This document shows, piece by piece, positions 58,999 to 64,000 of a DNA stretch of 64,000 bases. This DNA comes from a virus, in IMG/VR virus record IMGVR_UViG_3300010151_000009, positions 1 to 64,000 of that record; one strand, written 5' to 3'. The notes beneath the pieces were generated by a model, which was given only the letters and a program-made list of their open reading frames with translations, did not search any database and had not been told where the DNA came from. The translations under genes were made by a program, and so were the position numbers. How positions within the stretch are numbered: the first letter of the stretch is position 1; the number at the start of each line of letters is the position of its first letter.

Positions 58999-60962
58999 TA
59001 ATAATAATTTTTATTAAACCATTCATTAGAAGCATTATCTTCTAATATATCTTTAACTTCTGCATTATATAATTCTTTAGTATGATACATACCAATCATA
59101 AATGCCATTACACGGTCAAAATTGCCTTTATGATTGAATTTAATTAATTCTGTTAAAAATGCAGGATCATAAATCTTATGCAAATTTAGTAATTGTTTTC
59201 CATTTTCGTCTGTTCTTCTTACAGTATTTAACCAGTCTCTAATATAAATCTCTCCTTGACGTTTCCTAGGTTCTGTCATGTGCATACCATATTGACGTTT
59301 TACTGTTCTACTTCTAAGTTCTTTTTTATCTAACATCTCAAACTCTTCTTGTAATTTATGTAACTTTCTATGTCTTTTAGCGTATGATATAACCTCCCCA
59401 CGATCATTCTCAAATCCTATTTTACATCCATAATAATCTGCTAATGTAAATAAATTTCTATTATAATCATCTTGCGTATTAGGTCGTCCTACATAAGATG
59501 CTACTATAATATCATCAGGCTGAGATAAATTATTAGGTCTTTTTAATACATATGCAGCGCCTAATGATGTGCTATCTGCAGATTGGTTTTGTCCATACGG
59601 GTCATGACAAATTACATACATATTTAGAGGTACTTGTTGCGCAGAGTTTTTATAAGGAGATTCATATATTACTACAGCTCCTGTAGTATCATCATCTTTC
59701 CTATGAGGAAATTTTAATACTTGTTTTAAATCTCCATCTGGTTTAAATTTAACATCTCCTTTAGAATTATAATATAAACGTCCAACTGTACCTATAGCCT
59801 GTAAATTATTAGCTTTTATATTATTATATTGTTCTTGTAAAGATGCAACATCAAATAAATTAGCAGTTACTTGTAAAGTAGCCTCTTGAGGTGAAAAAGG
59901 GTGCTCCGCTATATATTGGTCTAATGATTTTGCATCAGCTGCACCCTTCTTCTTTTCCCTCATTCCTTTCTCATACTCTATAGCTTGTTCTCTTATTGAA
60001 TTTCCATTCTCGTCTATAAAGCCATCTAGATTTGTTTGTATAGGAATAAAATATCCACATGTACTCCCCATAGCACCTTCATCCCATATATTCTCATAAT
60101 TCATACAATCATATGCTTCTGGATTATAAAAGATTTCTTCCATTGCCTCAAAATCTGCTCCTTCTGTACCACCTGTTCCAAAAGCTACCATTAATCCTAG
60201 TGTTTTAGAACCTTGTCTCATTGTTGGCATTGTTACTTCCCATGCTTTTAATAGTCCTGGGAATGAACCCGCTTCTTCAAAGAATACTAACTCCCCTGCT
60301 TTACCCCTTACTTTATCTGGTGCATCTTTTAATGATACTCCCATTATTTGAGATTTCATCCCCATTTCTATTTCAATTCCATTAACTTTTTTCTTATATC
60401 CAGACATCTTATTCATTTCCCTATCACGTAATCTTGGTTGAGCCCATGCCGTATGATCATCTATAAAAGATAAAAACTCCCAAGCTTTTGAGAGTAATCC
60501 ATCACCAATTAAATATTCTTTTTGGGAGGCAAATACAAAGTTTTTTGAATTCTTTACAAAGAAATAGTTTCTAGCAAGCATGGCTCCAGCTTTATAAGAA
60601 TATCCTTTACGCCTTGCTTTAAGAACAATCATATGTTTATTCTCTGCCCTAGCTTTGTCTATCTCATTAAAATATTCCCAATCTCCATCATAAAATCTAG
60701 GAAATGTACGTTCCCGTTTAGATTGAATTGTACCATCTGGAAGTTCTTCATCTACAGCCCTATCAATAGGACAGTAGTTTAAATAAAAATAATGAAAGCC
60801 TGTAACATGTAATTCATCTACTTTATATCCATACATGCACCGTTCCTTTTCTTCATCCCAATACTCATAATAATCACGAGTTCCAGGAAGAGCATCTGTA
60901 TAACGACCGGTCTCTAAAAATCTGACTGCGGCTGGTCTGAGTCTGTCTGTGTCTCTGAGCAT
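58998..60962 (-). CDS. terL: Terminase large subunit
   Basis: 654 aa. Walker A KARRKGYS, Walker B VFFEEAG, coupling motif GTGG, nuclease motifs CHDPY and NFDRVMA. Confidence 0.96.
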   Translation of the reverse strand: MLRDTDRLRPAAVRFLETGRYTDALPGTRDYYEYWDEEKERCMYGYKVDELHVTGFHYFYLNYCPIDRAVDEELPDGTIQSKRERTFPRFYDGDWEYFNEIDKARAENKHMIVLKARRKGYSYKAGAMLARNYFFVKNSKNFVFASQKEYLIGDGLLSKAWEFLSFIDDHTAWAQPRLRDREMNKMSGYKKKVNGIEIEMGMKSQIMGVSLKDAPDKVRGKAGELVFFEEAGSFPGLLKAWEVTMPTMRQGSKTLGLMVAFGTGGTEGADFEAMEEIFYNPEAYDCMNYENIWDEGAMGSTCGYFIPIQTNLDGFIDENGNSIREQAIEYEKGMREKKKGAADAKSLDQYIAEHPFSPQEATLQVTANLFDVASLQEQYNNIKANNLQAIGTVGRLYYNSKGDVKFKPDGDLKQVLKFPHRKDDDTTGAVVIYESPYKNSAQQVPLNMYVICHDPYGQNQSADSTSLGAAYVLKRPNNLSQPDDIIVASYVGRPNTQDDYNRNLFTLADYYGCKIGFENDRGEVISYAKRHRKLHKLQEEFEMLDKKELRSRTVKRQYGMHMTEPRKRQGEIYIRDWLNTVRRTDENGKQLLNLHKIYDPAFLTELIKFNHKGNFDRVMAFMIGMYHTKELYNAEVKDILEDNASNEWFNKNYY

Positions 60963-61213
60963 TTCTTTTTTATTTTAACCAATTCTGCACATTTTTCATA
61001 TTCTTCGGTACTAGTATAATATTCTATTACCATATCTATTATATCTGGAGTTCTCCCATCTTCATGAACAGGATCAAATGGTAAATAAAATTCATCATAT
61101 TCTTCATCCTCAAGATCAAAATAGATATCATCTACCGTTTTCTTTCTGGTTATAATATCATAAGCATTGCCCATAGCTTGTTCATATATTTCTAAGTCTT
61201 CTAAAAAATCCAT
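60914..61213 (-). CDS. Small acidic protein with UVR-like motif
   Basis: 99 aa with YYTSTEEYEKCAELVK; overlaps the terL start by 49 nt. Confidence 0.55.
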   Translation of the reverse strand: MDFLEDLEIYEQAMGNAYDIITRKKTVDDIYFDLEDEEYDEFYLPFDPVHEDGRTPDIIDMVIEYYTSTEEYEKCAELVKIKKKCSETQTDSDQPQSDF

Positions 61214-61728
61214 TACATACTATATTTATTTACTTCTATTCCCCCTCTATTTGTATTAGCGGCTTGTTCTTCTTTTTTAACTATTTCTTCTAATCTACTT
61301 AATCCATCAACTACTTTCCCCATATTAGATAGATTTGCTATTAAGTCTTTTGCATTAAATATAGGTTTACCATTATCATCCATTAGTGTTAAATCTATAT
61401 CTCTAAAATATTTTTCTAACTTTACTATTGATTCTCTAGCAGCTTTTAACAATCTTACCGCTGAGGTTTCAATAAGTTCATCATATTTATCACATGCACC
61501 TAATATTTTTGATGATGGAGACCATTTTTTTTCTTCTCCAAAGATACTATTTTTTACTTCAATTACACGTTGATCCCATTCATAAACTGCAAACGGACTA
61601 TTATTATCAACCATAAAATATACAAATGCTAATTCTTTTGTATTGAGTTTTTTAAATTCTTTTATTGTTAATGCATATGCACTTGGCACGGCATTATTAT
61701 CTTTTAAATATATTAAACTATCAGCCAT
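61213..61728 (-). CDS. Conserved crAss-like protein, candidate terminase small subunit
   Basis: 171 aa with KELAFVYFMVDNNSPF, a helical C-terminus ending NRGG, and a position upstream of terL. Confidence 0.55.
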   Translation of the reverse strand: MADSLIYLKDNNAVPSAYALTIKEFKKLNTKELAFVYFMVDNNSPFAVYEWDQRVIEVKNSIFGEEKKWSPSSKILGACDKYDELIETSAVRLLKAARESIVKLEKYFRDIDLTLMDDNGKPIFNAKDLIANLSNMGKVVDGLSRLEEIVKKEEQAANTNRGGIEVNKYSM

Positions 61729-61733
61729 TTTTT

Positions 61734-62282
61734 CTAAGATTCTTTTTTAGTTAATCCTCCAGTATAGATATTTTTTAATCTACTATAGTTTTCTTTAAAT
61801 TCTGTAGTTATTATTTTTGCTTTAATTTTATAAGATGGAGCATATAAATATTTTAAAACTGCTAATCTGTGATTTCCATCTTGACATCTCCAAGGGAATT
61901 CATCTAGTGAAGGCGAGCCTTGAGTTACCTTATGTCTTTTTGCAATAAGAAGACTATTAACAATCCCGTCTGTTTCAATACTTTTTTTCATTTTAGTCCA
62001 ATTATAATTAGTTACTTTACCCCATTGGTTCCAATCTGTATAGTCTACGACATCATCAAAAGTACCTTTAACGTCTCCAATAGTTACATAGATATAAGGT
62101 AATTTAGCATATTCTATTTTCACAAAGATATATAATATAGTCTTTAAAATTCCAGAAGGAATAAAAAATTCATGCCAAAATTTTATATAAGCAAACATTC
62201 CATATCGTACTACATAATTTCGTTGTTCTTTATTATAATGTGTAAAAACAATTCTAAATTTATTTAGGAATTTTCTTATCAT
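61734..62282 (-). CDS. ParB/Srx-like N-terminal-fold protein (paralog 1)
   Basis: KMKKSIETDGIVNSL...QDGNHRLAVL matches the ParB DGxHR motif. Confidence 0.7.
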   Translation of the reverse strand: MIRKFLNKFRIVFTHYNKEQRNYVVRYGMFAYIKFWHEFFIPSGILKTILYIFVKIEYAKLPYIYVTIGDVKGTFDDVVDYTDWNQWGKVTNYNWTKMKKSIETDGIVNSLLIAKRHKVTQGSPSLDEFPWRCQDGNHRLAVLKYLYAPSYKIKAKIITTEFKENYSRLKNIYTGGLTKKES

Positions 62283-62487
62283 TTTTCTTTTTTAAATGTT
62301 TTAATCTACCTGTTTTAACTGAAAACTTACCAAAATATGGAAGTCTAATACCATCAAAATTTCCTTGTTTCATAATATCTGTTATAAATTTAAATTGATA
62401 ATTTACAACCTTAGATACTGTTTGTAAAGGTAAATTATACTTATTAGCTAATTTATATATTATAAATTGCTTATCAATCATCGACAC
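62260..62487 (-). CDS. HU/IHF-like DNA-binding protein
   Basis: 75 aa, basic, with the HU signature IRLPYFGKFSVK. Confidence 0.8.
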   Translation of the reverse strand: MSMIDKQFIIYKLANKYNLPLQTVSKVVNYQFKFITDIMKQGNFDGIRLPYFGKFSVKTGRLKHLKKKNDKKIPK

Positions 62488-62968
62488 AGATACAATCTTT
62501 TCTTACCCACCATTGTGTATCTTTTCCATCCACAGAAGGTTTCAATTCTATCTTTGGAAATACAAAACATAATACTTTATAATCAGAGGGTAAAACTTTT
62601 TTAGCTGCTGCTATTCTATGTAATCCATCTATTATTCTTAATCCATCATCACAATAACCTGTAATTGTATGTTTGATATTAGATGATTTACATAAATGAA
62701 TAGGCATTACTACTCCTTGTTTTTTAATATCTTGTTCTAATTTATCCCAATTATAATTACTATGTCTTCTTGTTACTTTAAATGCACTTAATGGTAATTT
62801 TTTAATCTTCATTGTTTTCCATTTAAGATTAAAATCTAACCATAATATTCTATACCATTTAAACCAAAAGAATCTTTCATCTTGCTCTATATTATAATAA
62901 TTTTGAGCTTTTGTTCTATATGGTTTTCTAAATAGCTCTCTAATTATCCTCAGTATTCGCATCATCAA
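62474..62968 (-). CDS. ParB/Srx-like N-terminal-fold protein (paralog 2)
   Basis: KLEQDIKKQGVVMPI...IIDGLHRIAAA. Confidence 0.72.
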   Translation of the reverse strand: MMMRILRIIRELFRKPYRTKAQNYYNIEQDERFFWFKWYRILWLDFNLKWKTMKIKKLPLSAFKVTRRHSNYNWDKLEQDIKKQGVVMPIHLCKSSNIKHTITGYCDDGLRIIDGLHRIAAAKKVLPSDYKVLCFVFPKIELKPSVDGKDTQWWVRKDCICVDD

Positions 62969-63725
62969 TTCTTTTCCAGTCCTTTGTACTTATATGTTTT
63001 GGGAAATTACCATACCCATCTGCTCTTCGAGGATCTTTTTCAACCCACTCTTTATACTCTTGACTCTGTTTGTGTATCTCTTTAGCTTTATTTTCTTGGG
63101 CTGTCTTTTGTTGCGCTGCTAACCATTTTTCCCCATCAGGTGTTTTTAACCATTCCGCTCTTTTTACTCTAGCTTCTTCATGCTTTGCTTTTTCTTGTTC
63201 TGTTTTTGGGGTTGGATCTTGTTTTGCCCATCGGGTAGGATCATCTGGACAAGTAGTTGTTCTCCATCTAGCTTTAGTTTCTAACATACACCCACAAAGG
63301 CCACATCTCATTTTTTCTCTCATTAAATGAGGACAAGCATCACATGCTGCTAAACGAGCTTCATAATCTTCTTGTGATACATTTGGAGCTCCTTCTGCAA
63401 CATATTTAGCTACTTCTTTACTAAAGTTTTTAGCCATTTGCCACACACTTGGGGGTTTAATAACTCCTTTTTCTTCAGGATATTCTCCGTCTTTATAATA
63501 TTCTTCTCCTACTTCTCCATCTGTTGCATATGTTGCACCCCCTATATTAACTCTTGTTATACCATCCTCACCTTTTTGTACATCGGCTAATTTGGATTTA
63601 TCCATACTTTCCTTAGTAATAGGTTCAAAATTATGAATAACTTTATTTGTTAAATCATATTTTTTTCCTTTTAATAGTTGATCCATAAAATCATCTCCAG
63701 GGTTTTTATCTTTTTTCTTACTCAT
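62940..63725 (-). CDS. Protein with a Cys-cluster metal-binding domain (DUF6171-like)
   Basis: YEARLAACDACPHL..RCGLCGC..KAR..TCP...W. Confidence 0.65.
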   Translation of the reverse strand: MSKKKDKNPGDDFMDQLLKGKKYDLTNKVIHNFEPITKESMDKSKLADVQKGEDGITRVNIGGATYATDGEVGEEYYKDGEYPEEKGVIKPPSVWQMAKNFSKEVAKYVAEGAPNVSQEDYEARLAACDACPHLMREKMRCGLCGCMLETKARWRTTTCPDDPTRWAKQDPTPKTEQEKAKHEEARVKRAEWLKTPDGEKWLAAQQKTAQENKAKEIHKQSQEYKEWVEKDPRRADGYGNFPKHISTKDWKRIDDANTEDN

Positions 63726-63858
63726 AATAATTTGTTTTTATATTTATTAAATTTCCATTTGGATCTTGTATTATTATTATTTCATATTCTTCAACATCAA
63801 AAATGGAAATAACTAAATGATCAAATATACTACTTTTTATCGATCGTGACTTCGACAT
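63718..63858 (-). CDS. Small hypothetical protein (46 aa)
   Basis: Manual translation MSKSRSIKSSIFDHLVISIFDVEEYEIIIIQDPNGNLINIKTNYYE; fills the gap and overlaps both neighbours. Confidence 0.35.
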   Translation of the reverse strand: MSKSRSIKSSIFDHLVISIFDVEEYEIIIIQDPNGNLINIKTNYYE

Positions 63859-64000
63859 AATCTGTTTCTGGATCTAAAAAAGGATTAAGAATATAATAAT
63901 TATTTCGTTTTAATATTACACCTTTATCTTTTAATCTTTTCACATAGTTATTAAGGGTATTATAATCCTTAAGTCCTACTACTGCAGCTACATCTTTTTT
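63830..64000 (-). CDS. 3' end of a winged-HTH (RepL-like) protein, truncated at the window edge
   Basis: Manual translation ...KDVAAVVGLKDYNTLNNYVKRLKDKGVILKRNNYYILNPFLDPETDYVEVTIDKK*, an HTH plus wing with YxLNP. Confidence 0.6.
   Translation of the reverse strand, partial: KKDVAAVVGLKDYNTLNNYVKRLKDKGVILKRNNYYILNPFLDPETDYVEVTIDKK

Larger units (their letters stand above)
1..63999 (-). mobile_element. crAss-like phage (Crassvirales-type) genome segment: packaging, head, tail, lysis, cargo and virion RNAP module
   Basis: The order terminase-portal-scaffold-MCP-ring-muzzle-cargo-giant DxDxD RNA polymerase is the crAss-like hallmark. Coding is on one strand, no host housekeeping genes are present, and starts are A-rich without Shine-Dalgarno sequences, as in Bacteroidota. 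Confidence 0.95.

Noticed and set aside
49346-60962. Introns or inteins in terminase, portal or MCP (frequent in some crAss-like phages)
   Set aside because: All three are uninterrupted, of ordinary length, and show no intein or homing-endonuclease motifs.
1933-63330. Short plus-strand ORFs in the track (e.g. 1933-2166, 8961-9200, 19577-19798, 30522-30944, 37520-37861, 50370-50672, 63070-63330)
   Set aside because: All lie antisense to long, motif-bearing minus-strand genes. Their hydrophobic or Ser/Phe-rich composition is the expected mirror of Lys/Glu/Thr-rich sense codons.
1-64000. Stop-codon reassignment (TAG or TGA), known in some crAss-like phages
   Set aside because: Very long ORFs are intact in the standard code, and TAG (30092, 36772) and TGA (56278) end genes right at the next gene's boundary.

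Overview
This AT-rich window is the late (virion morphogenesis) region of a crAss-like bacteriophage (Crassvirales-type podovirus), most likely infecting a Bacteroidota host. All credible genes lie on the minus strand and are tightly packed in the standard genetic code. In transcription order (right to left) the window starts with an HTH protein, a Cys-cluster protein, two paralogous ParB-like proteins flanking an HU/IHF gene, and a putative small and a clear large terminase. Next come a stand-alone SET-domain methyltransferase, the portal, a 1407-aa multi-domain cargo protein, scaffold, major capsid, ring and auxiliary capsid proteins. The tail and lysis block has a 2838-aa Cys-rich repeat fibre, a LamG fibre, a lysis cassette, a Lys/Arg-rich protein, ring proteins and the muzzle. 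The window ends with three ejection/cargo proteins, a 4625-aa virion RNA polymerase (DYDID) and a truncated giant zincin/PD-(D/E)xK protein that the ORF track missed. Main observations: (1) a recurring basic K-(Y/F/H/Q)-x-x-GG motif in five predicted cargo proteins, which punctuates the domain boundaries of the 1407-aa protein (pre-toxin plus ART-like module, two lysozyme-like domains, PG-binding and CHAP/NlpC domains) and suggests a tagged or processed virion-delivered effector system; (2) a SET methyltransferase between terminase and portal alongside histone/protamine-like proteins; (3) a two-part late-promoter motif conserved in two intergenic regions; (4) virion-wide cysteine enrichment with an exported thioredoxin-fold protein. 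All family assignments come from motifs and gene order read by eye; no database search was run.
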